DNA from: Leptogorgia sarmentosa
Lineage: Eukaryota
Direction of reading: 5' to 3'
Assembly (NCBI GenBank): GCA_964658305.1
Contig: OZ210885.1
Coordinates: 24,800,001 to 24,864,000, forward strand
Length of the DNA: 64,000 bases
Below are positions 51,201-62,400 of the stretch, piece after piece. A program made the translations under genes and the position numbers. The notes beneath the pieces were generated by a model that searched no databases, was not told where the DNA came from, and worked only from the letters and a program-made list of their open reading frames with translations. Positions within the stretch are counted from its first letter, which is position 1. Every line of letters begins with the position of its first letter.

Positions 51201-52139
51201 TTCAGCAGGCTCAAACTAATCAAAACATACCTAAGAACGTCAATGAAGGAACAACGATTGGAATCGCTGATGCTTATTTCTTGCGAAAAGATATTACAAA
51301 TACCATTGACATTGATGCAATCGCAGCCAAATGGGTGGAACTTAAATCTCGAAGAATCACATTTAGATGAGCAAACTTAATTGACTTATAGTAGGTCCGG
51401 ATAAATTTTACTTCAGATCTGTTCAATAGTAGGTTATCACAAATTCATAGCCGAAAATAACACTAATCACTGTGCACTAACCACCAATAAAACATTCATT
51501 GACATTGTAGTTAGAAACATTAAGCGAAAAGACAAAAGAAGAACATAACTTTGTATATAGGGTGATTTTTTAAGTGCGTCTTTTCTTACAATATATTCCA
51601 AATGGCCAAACCCAACTGTCAAATATGAAATAACAGTACTTTACCTTTAGTTAAAATACTAACATTATAACGTTAAATGCAATGTTATTAATTCTTCTTG
51701 ACTTATAAGTCCACCAAAACTCTCGTAATATATGTCAACGTTAAGATATGTTGTGCTGTGAAATTATAGCAGAAATTAAATGGCCTAACTACTATGCCCT
51801 CGGACCGGGCAGTCCCGGGTGCTTTCAAAGTCAATGATCCAAATGGGAAAACCCAGTTTAATTAATATATCATGCTAAACAACAAATTTAAATGTGTTAA
51901 AACATTGTTTTCTGACCGTCAGAAGTCTCCAAAATCATCCCTTCAAGTAAAAAAATGGCATTTCACAGACCGCAGATTTAAAAATTTTCTGGGGGAGCAT
52001 GCCCCCAAACACCTCGATATTCCTCACGCAAACGGCGCTCGGATCCAGCCTTCGACAGGAGAACCACACCCAAACCACATTTTGTCGGCACATTTTATAC
52101 TCACACCCCCCCTGCTTAAACTTCCTCGCTACGGCCCTG
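48242..52139 (+). mobile_element. hAT transposon (ZMYM1-like transposase), left end missing
   Basis: Right terminus ...CTTCCTCGCTACGGCCCTG at 52139. No matching left TIR in the window. Confidence 0.7.
48636..51380 (+). pseudogene. hAT transposase (TTF Zn finger + DUF4371-like + dimerisation domain), intron ~50118-50282, stop at 50962-50964 and later frameshifts
   Basis: RQFSASWY..LEYSVSKDAAFCFIC, AFRG, SADTTPDLS..DQL, YDFTASMSG, PCQGH, SKTRW, PVTVAKDERTFSRLKLIKTYLR. Confidence 0.88.
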
Positions 52140-52715
52140 ATCATTCTCCTTCACAAATCGGTATGCTGTAACGGTGAGGAACATCGAAAAGCCTTTCCAC
52201 GTATCTTTGAATGAAGACGCAGTTTACAAAAGCATCTATACGGAGAAGATGCTTTATGAGGCTATTGGAATGGAAGCCTGTATTTGCGTAGACATTGCTC
52301 TTGCCAAAGGTGGTACAGAAGCTGTCGTGGAATCGTATTATCGTACTACAGCGTTATGGCCTCGAATAAGATGCCTGGCGGTCAAAATAATGAAACCTTG
52401 GCGCTGAGGTTTGTTTCGTACTTGTCTTGCAGATTTATTTCAGGTGTTCTCTCCCAGTTGTAAACAAACATTATTATAATATAATCTTTCCTGTTTAGAA
52501 CGAAGATTGACTGGAGTTTGCCAGCCTGTCAAAATGCGAATCGCGCAGTGAGGGAGATTGCCAATATATATTTAGAAGGAGACGACTCAGACAAAGACCA
52601 CAAACTCCCAAGGCATACAGCTCCAATTTTAGGTGACCGTGCCAAATTTAGAAGAGAAAGCAAAGTAATAAAGCGTCTCCGGCAAGAGGACGCACGTCTT
52701 AACTATTTGTTATAA
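52140..52715 (+). pseudogene. C-terminal exons of a hAT-like transposase, probably the end of the 39057-42708 gene
   Basis: IALAKGGTEAVVESYY (candidate catalytic E), intron ~52409-52498, TKIDWSLP. Linkage to the upstream gene is inferred. Confidence 0.5.
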
Positions 52716-53462
52716 CTTTAATAAGTATTTAGGCTGACTTTACAAGATTTTTGTATTCAGTAGTTCTTGTTCAAAATGGAAAAAGAATAGAAAGACTATA
52801 TACAAAAGAATAGAAAGAGTTGTACATTATTTCTGTCAAAGTTAATATTTAAATATATATTCCTTGTGCCTTGGCGGGTTGGCGTCCCGGTTTCTAGCAT
52901 TGCGCTGGCGCATTACTTTTTGACGCGAAATTTTAGCGTAAAATCTATGGCGCACGAAATGAAATTTCCCCGGAGGGTCTTACCTGAAGGGGAGATGTAG
53001 TTCTCCGAACTTCTTCGTAGACTGATATTCACAATACTGATGCAGACCGCGCCGCGAGAGGTCTGGATACCACGTATATAAAATTCACTGTATGTCCCTT
53101 GTTATCCCTCTTTTGACGAGTGCTCCCTAAACTCCACTATATACGAATGGCAGTAAAGGGTGGGGAGGAAGAGAAGCTTAAGAATATTCCTGTGGTTACT
53201 CACAGAACTAGAGTAGGCCTTCGATGACCCCCTTGGTTGGGGAACAGTATTGCTCATATCAGTCTACGAAGAAGTTCGGAGAACTACATCTCCCCTCCAG
53301 GTAAGACCCTCCGGGGAAATTTCATTTCTCCTTCACTTCTTCTCCGACTGATATTCACAATACTGATGCAGATTACAAAGCTACTGTCATGAGTACTACT
53401 GATTATTCAACGTTTATTAGTAACGATAAGTCATAACAACTATATGATTGTGCATGCAAATG

Positions 53463-56294
53463 TCATTGTGAAATAACAGTCCGTGCAAAAGTTTCTCGAG
53501 ACGTGGGCCGTTGGTAAAATGTCCTAAAGGTCCCAGCCGATGCCCAATCTGCTGCCTCGAGAATGGTCTCTAGGGCAATTCCAGATTCAGCCGCTGCCGA
53601 CGTTGAAGCACTACGTGTAGAATGGCCACTATAGGTAGGGCTGATCCCAGCGCTAGTCAGTGCATCTCTCAGCCACCTGGAGACCGTCTGGCTGGAAATG
53701 GGCCTATGTGGGGACACCATGGCTAAAAGAAGGCGAGATGAACGCCGCTTTGCTTCCGTTCTCTTCCTATACTCTTTCAGAGTGTGTACTACACAAAGAT
53801 GTTGGCATTCTTTGTACACCGGAAGAAAAATCTTCCTGCCCGGATGATTAGGACGTGACTGTTTAGTGTGGATATCCAACACAAATTCCCATGAATCTTC
53901 CTTTTCAGCCAAATAGGCTAAGTCTAAAGCCGCTAGTTCATGTGCCCGAGCTGCTGATGTTAGAGCAAGTAACAAGATCAATTTATGGGATAACTCTTTC
54001 AGGGAGAGTTCTGCTGCTGGTTTTTGCCCTCTCATGTATGAGAGTGCGACCTTGACTTCCCATGTGGTACACAATTTCGGTTTCGGTGGATCTTGTCGAA
54101 ATATCCCTTTCATAAAACGAGAGACGATAGGCAGAGTTCCCAAGGACGCTGAGCCTACTGGGTCGTGTGTCTGGGATATAGCGCTCTTATATACCCCAAT
54201 GGTTCGGTAAGAGAGCTGCTGCTGTTGGAATAATCCAGCGAGGAAGTTTAACACTTCATTCACAGGAGCAGTAAGGGGACAGAGACCCCGTTCAGCACAC
54301 CAGCTGGACCAAGCCGTCCATGGCCCTGCATAGCGCTTTTGGGTGGCTTTGCTCCAAGATGATAGCAGTATGTCTGTAGCCGCTTGCGAAAGGCCTCCTG
54401 TTCGGAGGCCTTCCCTGATACCGGCCATACGGTTAGGTGCAGTTTGTGATGGAGGGGATGCTCTCTCTCCGGGTCGAAGGGAAGTCTGATCAGTCCCGGC
54501 TGTTGAGGAAGTTGTCTGGGGTAGTCCACTAACATGTCCAGCAGTGTAGGGAACCAAGGCTGTCCTTTCCAGTGAGAAGCCAGGATGAGGGCCGTAGCTT
54601 TGTCGGCACTCAGTTTTCTCAAGATCCTCGGGATCAGAACCACTGGAGGAAATATCCAACTCCTCCACTGATTCCAATCGCAGAGGAACGCGTCCGTTGC
54701 CACCGCTCCTGGGTCTGGATATCGAGACACATACTGGGGAAGCTGGTTGTTGATTCTGCTGGCAAATAGGTCCACTAATGGTCGATAATACCTGCGGACA
54801 ATCCTCTGAAATATCTCTGTGTGAAGTTTCCATTCGGAATGACTGTTGAATTGACGAGACGCCGTGTCTGCCACCTCGTTGGATGTGCCTGGGATATGTT
54901 TCGCTGTAACCCAGGAACCGGCACTCAGGACTGCCGCCCACAAGTCTGTAGCTTGCATTGACAAGGTGTGCGACCGTGTGCCCCCTCGCTTGTTGATATA
55001 GGCTACAGCCGTGGAATTGTCCATCTGGAGGAGAATGTGTTGTGGCACTGGAGTGGTGGACTTGAATAAGGCTAATAGTGCCAGGTAGGCTGCTTTCAGT
55101 TCCAGAAGATTGATGTGTAACTGAGCTTCCTCGGGTAGCCATTGATTGCCAATCGTTGTCCCTGGCCAGGTTGCACCCCAACCCCGTAACGACGCATCTG
55201 TTGAGACTACCATCTCGATAGGGCATGTTTGTAATGACTGGCCGTTGAAGGTCTGGATGTTGGGAGATGTCCACCAACGGAGTTCGTCGATGCTCGATGG
55301 GGAAAGTGTTATCTTCATTAGTTGTGATGGGCTGCTGGACGAGTGCAATGCTTTGATCTGATCTCGTTGCAGGCTTCGGTAATGCAGAGGGGCCATCCAA
55401 AGTCCGGTTTGGGATGCATGATTCATCCGTCCCAACAGGGTGGACAATGTTCTGAGGGACACTTCGTGTGAGTGGAGAATTTCTTGTGCTGTCATGGTGA
55501 TTGCAGACAGTTTCTCCTGAGGCAACGATAAGTTCATTGTTACCGAGTTGAGAAGGGCCCCCAGAAATATCAGTTGCTGTGTCGGAAGAGGTGAGCACTT
55601 TTCCTGCTTCACTGTAAAGCCAAGGTTCTGGAGTAAGTCCACCACTTGGTGAAATATCTTCCAGAGTTCGTCTTTGTTCTGATGTAGGAGCAGAATGTCG
55701 TCCAGATAGAACACCACTCGAACCCCCAGTGAACGAAGGAGAGCTGCAACCGGTTTCAAGATCTTGGTAAACGCTCGTGGGGCCGACGACAAGCCGAATG
55801 GCAGGCAACAGAACTCGTACAGCTTGCTTTGGTAAATGAACCGGAGGTAGCACCAGTGTTCGGAGTGGACTGGCACTGTGTAATAGGCGTCCTTCAAATC
55901 GAGCTTCATCATGTAGTCCCCAGGCTGAAGAAGACCCTTTGCTACCTGGAGACTTTCCATCTTGAAAGGTGTACATTCCACGAATCTGTTCAGTGCTTTC
56001 AGATTGATCACTGGTCTGTACTGTCCGTTTCCATTTCCTTTTTCTACCAGAAATATTGTTGAGGTGAATTGGTTCTCGGTTGGTTCTACTTGCACTACTG
56101 CTCCTTTCGCCACCAGGTCCTTGATTGCCCCAAGCATTAATTGTTCTTCCTTGGGGGAGTGAGTTCTCGTCACACGAGTTCGAAATTGGTATGGTTTCTT
56201 TGTGAAGGGTATTTTGTATCCTTTGACTGACTGGAGGACCCAGGGATCCTGAGTGATCCGTTTCCAATTTTGAAGAAAGTTTGCTAGACAGCAT
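53463..56294 (-). CDS. DIRS tyrosine recombinase ORF, overlapping RT in another frame; the YR domain is the C-terminal ~340 aa
   Basis: SAARAHEL (R), HTKQ, GHSTRSAS (HxxR), ADW...TFRTFY (Y). Confidence 0.9.
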   Translation of the reverse strand: MLSSKLSSKLETDHSGSLGPPVSQRIQNTLHKETIPISNSCDENSLPQGRTINAWGNQGPGGERSSSASRTNREPIHLNNISGRKRKWKRTVQTSDQSESTEQIRGMYTFQDGKSPGSKGSSSAWGLHDEARFEGRLLHSASPLRTLVLPPVHLPKQAVRVLLPAIRLVVGPTSVYQDLETGCSSPSFTGGSSGVLSGRHSAPTSEQRRTLEDISPSGGLTPEPWLYSEAGKVLTSSDTATDISGGPSQLGNNELIVASGETVCNHHDSTRNSPLTRSVPQNIVHPVGTDESCIPNRTLDGPSALPKPATRSDQSIALVQQPITTNEDNTFPIEHRRTPLVDISQHPDLQRPVITNMPYRDGSLNRCVVTGLGCNLARDNDWQSMATRGSSVTHQSSGTESSLPGTISLIQVHHSSATTHSPPDGQFHGCSLYQQARGHTVAHLVNASYRLVGGSPECRFLGYSETYPRHIQRGGRHGVSSIQQSFRMETSHRDISEDCPQVLSTISGPICQQNQQPASPVCVSISRPRSGGNGRVPLRLESVEELDISSSGSDPEDLEKTECRQSYGPHPGFSLERTALVPYTAGHVSGLPQTTSSTAGTDQTSLRPGERASPPSQTAPNRMAGIREGLRTGGLSQAATDILLSSWSKATQKRYAGPWTAWSSWCAERGLCPLTAPVNEVLNFLAGLFQQQQLSYRTIGVYKSAISQTHDPVGSASLGTLPIVSRFMKGIFRQDPPKPKLCTTWEVKVALSYMRGQKPAAELSLKELSHKLILLLALTSAARAHELAALDLAYLAEKEDSWEFVLDIHTKQSRPNHPGRKIFLPVYKECQHLCVVHTLKEYRKRTEAKRRSSRLLLAMVSPHRPISSQTVSRWLRDALTSAGISPTYSGHSTRSASTSAAAESGIALETILEAADWASAGTFRTFYQRPTSRETFARTVISQ

Positions 56295-56599
56295 GCAGTT
56301 GTAGGTGGTTGTAGTGGAGGAAGTGGAACCAGATGGGGGAAGGCATAGTCAACTTTTGTTGTTGGAACTGGATTTGGCGAAGCGACGCTTTGACGGTCCG
56401 CCTGCACTTGCATTGTTAACACTCGAGCTGTAGTTCCACTTGCGCTTACGCCAACTTGGTTTGGCTGCGTAGGTGGAGTTGGCACGAAAGGGCTTTTGGT
56501 AGGTTGGTCTACTACCAGAGAATTGCTGTCGATCTGGAGGTTTGCTGATGAGGTTGTTGTTGGTGGTGGAATGACTGTGCTCACTCTTAATTCTTTCAT
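54260..56599 (-). CDS. DIRS RT-RNase H-methyltransferase-like ORF
   Basis: RPVINLK, LDLKDAY, LPFGLSSAP, YLDD. TDAS..GWG, HINLLEL, MDN. VDLFAS...DAF...FPP. Confidence 0.93.
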   Translation of the reverse strand: MKELRVSTVIPPPTTTSSANLQIDSNSLVVDQPTKSPFVPTPPTQPNQVGVSASGTTARVLTMQVQADRQSVASPNPVPTTKVDYAFPHLVPLPPLQPPTTACCLANFLQNWKRITQDPWVLQSVKGYKIPFTKKPYQFRTRVTRTHSPKEEQLMLGAIKDLVAKGAVVQVEPTENQFTSTIFLVEKGNGNGQYRPVINLKALNRFVECTPFKMESLQVAKGLLQPGDYMMKLDLKDAYYTVPVHSEHWCYLRFIYQSKLYEFCCLPFGLSSAPRAFTKILKPVAALLRSLGVRVVFYLDDILLLHQNKDELWKIFHQVVDLLQNLGFTVKQEKCSPLPTQQLIFLGALLNSVTMNLSLPQEKLSAITMTAQEILHSHEVSLRTLSTLLGRMNHASQTGLWMAPLHYRSLQRDQIKALHSSSSPSQLMKITLSPSSIDELRWWTSPNIQTFNGQSLQTCPIEMVVSTDASLRGWGATWPGTTIGNQWLPEEAQLHINLLELKAAYLALLALFKSTTPVPQHILLQMDNSTAVAYINKRGGTRSHTLSMQATDLWAAVLSAGSWVTAKHIPGTSNEVADTASRQFNSHSEWKLHTEIFQRIVRRYYRPLVDLFASRINNQLPQYVSRYPDPGAVATDAFLCDWNQWRSWIFPPVVLIPRILRKLSADKATALILASHWKGQPWFPTLLDMLVDYPRQLPQQPGLIRLPFDPEREHPLHHKLHLTVWPVSGKASEQEAFRKRLQTYCYHLGAKPPKSAMQGHGRLGPAGVLNGVSVPLLLL

Positions 56600-57813
56600 G
56601 CAGTTCGTCTGGGAATACGTGCTTATCAGTAGGTATCTCGTCCTTCAAAGTACGCTTTCCAATAGGTGTGAGAAAGTCAGCAAACCGACGCTGGTGCCAG
56701 GAATTCAGGCGAGCGTTGGCATTGCCCAGCAGCACCAGTGCGTCTTCCAACATTCCGCGGATTACGTCTGGGTCCGGGGCCTCATCCTCATCTATGTCCT
56801 CCCCAGTCCCATCCAAGGTTGTAAGCGCTGCCAAGATGGGTCGTGCTGCCAGGAGGAAGGCCGACTGTTTCTCAGCAAGGCCATCATCAAAGGAGAACAC
56901 CTCCTTAGTCTTGGAGTGTCCATGCTTTTTCCGAATATCCTCCTTCATACCAGTCTCCATGGTGGGTGCGACCAGGACAGACTCTGTACCCTCAATGTCA
57001 GGGTAATTTTCAGTCAGTCCCTTCCAGGTGTCTTTAGGAAGTGACTTAGCAAATGCTTGAGTCGTCAAGGAAAGTAACTCATTAGATAGTTGTACTTTCT
57101 TTTGTGGCGTATAAAATCGCTCAAATCGTGAGCTGTGAGGAGTGGGTATGTCTCTAGGAGACTGTTCTTGGACTTGGGACTGTTCTCCAGTGTCAGGTAG
57201 TCCTGACTGTGCATCATTGGGTGGGGCCTGTTGAGGTACCCCTGTGGACAATGATCTAGCCAATCCTGAGGGCAAGGATTTTTCCAGTGCCTCGGCCACC
57301 AGTTTCTCAATATCCTGACGGGAGAACCCGCCTGGCACATCACCCTCCTTATGGATAGGGTTGGATGGCCCATTGCTATCCTAAAGGATAACGGAAGGTG
57401 GTCAATGACTCATACCTTCATTTTTTTAATTTTTTTTTTTGACGGTAGTTAGAGCAAGTAGCAACAAACCACTCAGTGTATGTAGTCAACCATTAACTTT
57501 CCAAGCCTAATATGTATATAAAGTGTATACCTAAAAGGCCGGTTACTGCTAAAAAGATGTAATCAAGTATTTACTGTTATGGCCCTGGTGCTGACAGAGC
57601 AGGTTGCAGGCTCGCGACTACGAAAATAAGCTGTTAATTCCATGCGCGAAAATTTTTACCAGTAAAAATAATGTATTCGTGTCAATTTCATTACACCAAA
57701 ATCGTATTGAGACTATCCATCTGTCGCCTAATTCTCGACTAAAAAAAGCCTCCCATATGAAGTTTAAGCGATAGGAAATAAAAACTTACGTTAACTTGTT
57801 TCTCAGAAGCCAT
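56349..57813 (-). CDS. DIRS gag-like ORF1, probably spliced (57813-57790 + 57380-56349)
   Basis: 329-aa ORF (LAEKQ...ARPI...ALVLLGNANARL...RR). Upstream ATG mini-exon with a GTAAGT donor and an in-phase TTTAG acceptor. Confidence 0.75.
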
Positions 57814-58180
57814 TTTTACTTTAATTTCACGGTTGAAGGGACACCAAACAAAGAAATTCGACGAGCTGTATTAAAGCGTGGTCAACCTTCGCGAAGCACG
57901 AGAATAAAAGAGGGATAACAAGGGACATACAGTGAATTTTATATACGTGGTATCCAGACCTCTCGCGGCGCGGTCTGCATCAGTATTGTGAATATCAGTC
58001 GGAGAAGAAGTGAAGGAGAAAAGCGAACTTTCCAGTATGGGTAGTTGTATTGTGTGGTGCTTCCTCTTGGAACGATCATGGGGCGTAGAAGGAAAAGGGG
58101 AAGTTGGAGTTGTGCAAGTGGAAGCAGGCGTGATGATGGTCTAAGGGTTTAGGTGCAGGATTTGGATGGGGGTTGGCTTT

Positions 58181-59665
58181 CAGGGGCGGCGGAACATATT
58201 CTATTTTGGGGGGGCTAAATTTAAAAAAGTTTATCGTAGTTTTTGTCTAGGTGGAAACACAAACGGCATAGCGTGTAGTCACTGTAGTGATGTCTCCTAC
58301 TTTGAAAAATTGTTCAAAATCTACAAAAATACGGATATCAGGATATGCAATTGTGCATAGTGCATACTGTAGAGTGTAGATTATTTGTTCATCTCATGAC
58401 TCAGTCAGGGGCGGATCTAGGGGTAGTCAGATTAGTCACGCGACTAACGTGAAAACAAAGGCATGGGGGGAAAATTTGGACCAAGGTTTCGAAATTATTT
58501 TCCGACTGATTGAAACTGTACTCAAATTTCAATTACGCAATACGCAATCAAAATCCATCACACTCCAGCGTTCAACTTCGATCAGTTTTTGCACATTTTG
58601 AGCCACACATTACAGGCGTGTTGATTGGTCAAAAAGATTTTGACTAATCATTGCGAAATTTTGACTAAAGCACGTGGATTTTTTGACTAATCCAGCAGTT
58701 AGATGGAGGGTTGTGATTGGATTATTTTGCGCAAAGTAAGGTAAAGAACGTCTCCTCTGATTGTGGCTTCTTGTAACTTGTTGATTCTCATATCAATACA
58801 ATAACAAGTTAACAACATAAATTTTCGAATTGAAAATGTTAGGATTTCGCAGCCGATGAAATGTTGTGTTGATTTCGCGTGCATCGGATGGGTTTCGGCG
58901 TAGATTTCCTTTATATCTCAACAGACCAAGAGATGTATGTATATATGGCGATAATAAGGTAATGCCGTTAGCATTTTAACAAATCGTTCGATTGAAAGGT
59001 TAAACTGCGTACATAATTACATATAAATACTTATGTGTTTATATTATACTAATCGAGTAATCGTTGAATTGTATTAAAATTCAGTCTTCAGGTTGCTAAT
59101 AGTAGCTTTGATATGTAATGTATCTTTGGTCTGTAACACTTTATGCAAGATATATTCGAAGACACCTTTGTCTTCTAAATTTGATATTTTGAGGTGAAGT
59201 CTTTGAACACCTCAAGGCCGACTAGCGGAAATTTGACAGCGTTGGATATAAATTTCGAACATATTTATCACACAGTTTAATTCGCAGGTGGCTGAACAGC
59301 AAATTACCGATATATATACTTAGAGCATGGTTGAATTATGGAAAATGGAGAAACTAAAGAATGCATATGTGCTTTATGTTAAAACATGCTCTGTCATTTG
59401 CATAACTTACGCTATTTACGCGCGCGTGGTAGCATATTATTATCTGCGCCTGTTGCTTGATCATATGAAACAACCGTCATGACGTCATCAGGACATATGA
59501 CGTCACAGAATTTTGACTAACGTACGAAAAATCCTAGATCCGCCCCTGGACTCAGTGTCTCGCATTCTGACATTCTTTATGTATTTTTTGGGGGGCTAAG
59601 CCCCCCCCACTTTTACTTCTGGGGGGGCTTTTAGCCCCCTAGCCCCCCCTGTTCCGCCGCCACTG
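58181..59665. mobile_element. Non-autonomous hAT-type element
   Basis: CAGGGGCGGCGGAACA...TGTTCCGCCGCCACTG with perfect 8-bp TSD TTGGCTTT. Confidence 0.88.
58406..59548. mobile_element. Second non-autonomous hAT-type element nested in the previous one
   Basis: CAGGGGCGGATCTAGG...CCTAGATCCGCCCCTG with perfect 8-bp TSD GACTCAGT. Internal (T)GACTAA subterminal repeats. Confidence 0.9.
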
Positions 59666-61123
59666 TTGGCTTTAAGGTGTAGTTTTATGACTTGGGATGG
59701 ATCGGTTGGGGTCAGGATTGGGTTTTGGGAAAGGGTGTGATTTGATTTGGACACATTTATCCGATTGATCGTGGTTGTTGGTGGGTTCAGCTGTCTTGTG
59801 TGGTGCTTCCACTTGGATCGGTCCAGATGTTGGGGGAAAGGGGAGGATAGACGGGTGGAAACCACTGAGCTATAATAGAATACTGGAGGAAGCGCACGAG
59901 GACAAAGAGTGTCTCCAGGGCGGACATATACCGGGCGGTGAAACGCGCGTGACGGAGCGAAACATGTGTGATATGAGGAGACTGGGTTCGACCAACAGAA
60001 ATTCGAAACAAACATGGCGAATGCGCTCGGAAATCTGGATGATATAAGCAGCTGGGAAATTTGTTGCGCATGCGTCAAATGTGACTTGCGTGGGCTCCAC
60101 GAACTAATATCGCGCGCGGGATCTTTAAAATTTGTAAACAAAAACATGAGCGGGATTTTTTTCTCTTGTGCCTCGTTTCTTTGGCTGTTTTTATCGCTGT
60201 TTTTGCAGTTGCAAATAGGAAGGACCTTTATTGTGCCGTATGCGGCAAATGCTGCAAAAAGGATTAAATTCTGCAAGGAATAGCTTCCGCAAAGCGCTGT
60301 TTTCGAGAGCTGTTTCGGTGTATCCTACGACGAGACAGGGATATTATGCTCTACCTGTCGAACTTTAAAGGCGAAATTCAACTTGAAGCGCAATTTTCCC
60401 CTCAAAACGATTAGGTATTTATTTTTCCTACCTATCCAGAGAATTCAAAAATAGGATCAAGATTTTGGAGACTTCGGTTAGATTTTTTACAATTTTGCCG
60501 AGTTTCGACCCAATTTAATTCCTGATTGAGACGAGAAAATATAGCGAGATATAGTTTAAAATATTTTTTGTTCTAAAAGGAGTAACAGTTTGATTTCTTT
60601 ACACAAGTATTAATACATTAGTACCAGAAACTAGAGCAAAAAATGAACCAACTACATCCAATTGATTCGCTATCGTTCGTCTTGATATGGCAGACATCAA
60701 AATTCAACCGATATGCAATGTTTGACATAGATTCCACGATTTTGGTCGGAAGGGCAATTTTCATATCAACAAAATGCTGTTTATCAAAAACAACAAACGA
60801 TGTGAATATCAAATTTAGTAACAAAACTTTGGAGATTTCGTCTAGATTTTGAGCTTTCGAAGCTTGCCCGCCATACGTCTGTCTTGGGTCTATAACGTCA
60901 ACAGATGCGAAGCAATGTAAACTTTTGCTCACCCTGAACAAACGTAAAATTATCTGGCAAAAACAGAACCAGGGGTGACACATGAAGTTGTAAGGAAATA
61001 TTATACACTCTTTCCAGTTTCAAACACCCACAAGTGGCAGTGAATCTTTACTCAAAGCACGCGCACACGGTTATAAAACAACATGAAAATCAACCGTTTC
61101 ATGACAGGCAGTATGTATTTGCA

Positions 61124-62292
61124 GATGGTTTTTTCCAATATATTCAGCCTACAGAAAGCACTGATGATGATGGAAATATTATTAAGATCAGTAAGTGCCA
61201 GTGCACTATTATTCCCTATTCAAATCTCTCTAATTTGAAAACAATTAGGAAAAATAAGATGTTTCAACAAAATTGAAACATTACGGTACAACAAACATTT
61301 TGCTGTACATGCTCTACTGACGTGTTCCTCTAGTATGCCAGGTAACTTAATTTACTTATCAGTGAGTCAAGTGTTATACATTCTCGTAAGATGCTATAAC
61401 AATAGGCTGTGCCCTATTTCAAAACTCTTTTTTGTTTGCTGTGTTAGGAAAGAGTTACCCATTTTCTAAATGTACACCAACACCCTGTTCAGTTTGTGGA
61501 AACTGTGAGTTTGACATCATATATGCAGAAAATCGTATGGTATATATTACTCTAAAAGGTAAGAGGTATAAACTGAATGAAAAAAATATCAACAACACAA
61601 GTTATGTTAAACTAGTTATGTCATGTCATGTCATTAAATCTTGCTGTATGTATAGGTCGCTTTGATTTGGATCTAATTGCTGGGTATAAGTGCAAAAACT
61701 GCTTGAATGTTTGCCCAAATGACTTAACTGTTAAGAAAGCTGTTGCTTCAGGATTTTGGCCAGGGACTCCAATATCGTATTCACAACTGTTCAGTCAGGA
61801 TCTGTTTGAATATTGGGATATCATGCAGAAGCGAATGCCCGGTGTTTCTGAGCGCTCATTTGTTCTTGGCTTACAAGATTTTTCTTCGAACAAGAACAGG
61901 GTAAATCATTTCATACCAAAGTACATACTCAGTAAGACTGTATTCCTATATTTGTTATCAGTTTTACTGTGTTTTTTTTCAGTTCCATGTAATAGTTGGT
62001 TTTTGCCCTGAAATATGTGCCTTCAAGGCGGTTCAATTTGTAATTATTATTCTTAATGTAAATTGCAACAATTTCCTTTATTAGTAATATTACAAGCCTT
62101 TTTCTGTCATATGTAGGTTGCCACAATAAATGTGTCCACCTTTAGCAGATCTTTCAAAGAGTGGAAGTTCTGCAAATTTGAAATGGAAGCTCTTCAGCAA
62201 AAGAACTGGATGGAGTGTCCTCCCTGTAGAATTAGTCAGCATTCTGGACATGTGGATGGAAACATGAAGCTATATCGCTTTAGATCAGCTGG
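61124..62292 (+). pseudogene. KDZ (Kyakuja-Dileera-Zisupton)-type transposase fragment with CxC3-like cluster, multi-exon
   Basis: PCSVCG, ITLKG|RFDL, YKCKNC, SGFWPGTP...LFSQDLFEYWD, FSRSFKEW, MECPPC...HVDGNMKLYRF. Confidence 0.65.
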
Positions 62293-62400
62293 ATAGTAAT
62301 AATTATTTTATGATATTTAATAAACTTAGAGTTACTGAAAGTAATGAACGTCTGTACTCTCTAATAACAAAAGATCAGGATCAGGAAGAGTGGGCAACAC

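Larger units (their letters stand above)
52957..58021 (-). mobile_element. DIRS1-like tyrosine-recombinase retrotransposon, apparently intact
   Basis: Non-identical ITRs at ~52957-53115 and ~57905-58021. ICR at ~53257-53372 joins the complements of both termini through TTT. AAA/TTT ends, no TSD. Confidence 0.93.

Noticed and set aside
59596..60276. 226-aa minus-strand ORF
   Set aside because: Runs across a MITE terminus and G-rich low-complexity DNA; no recognisable domain.
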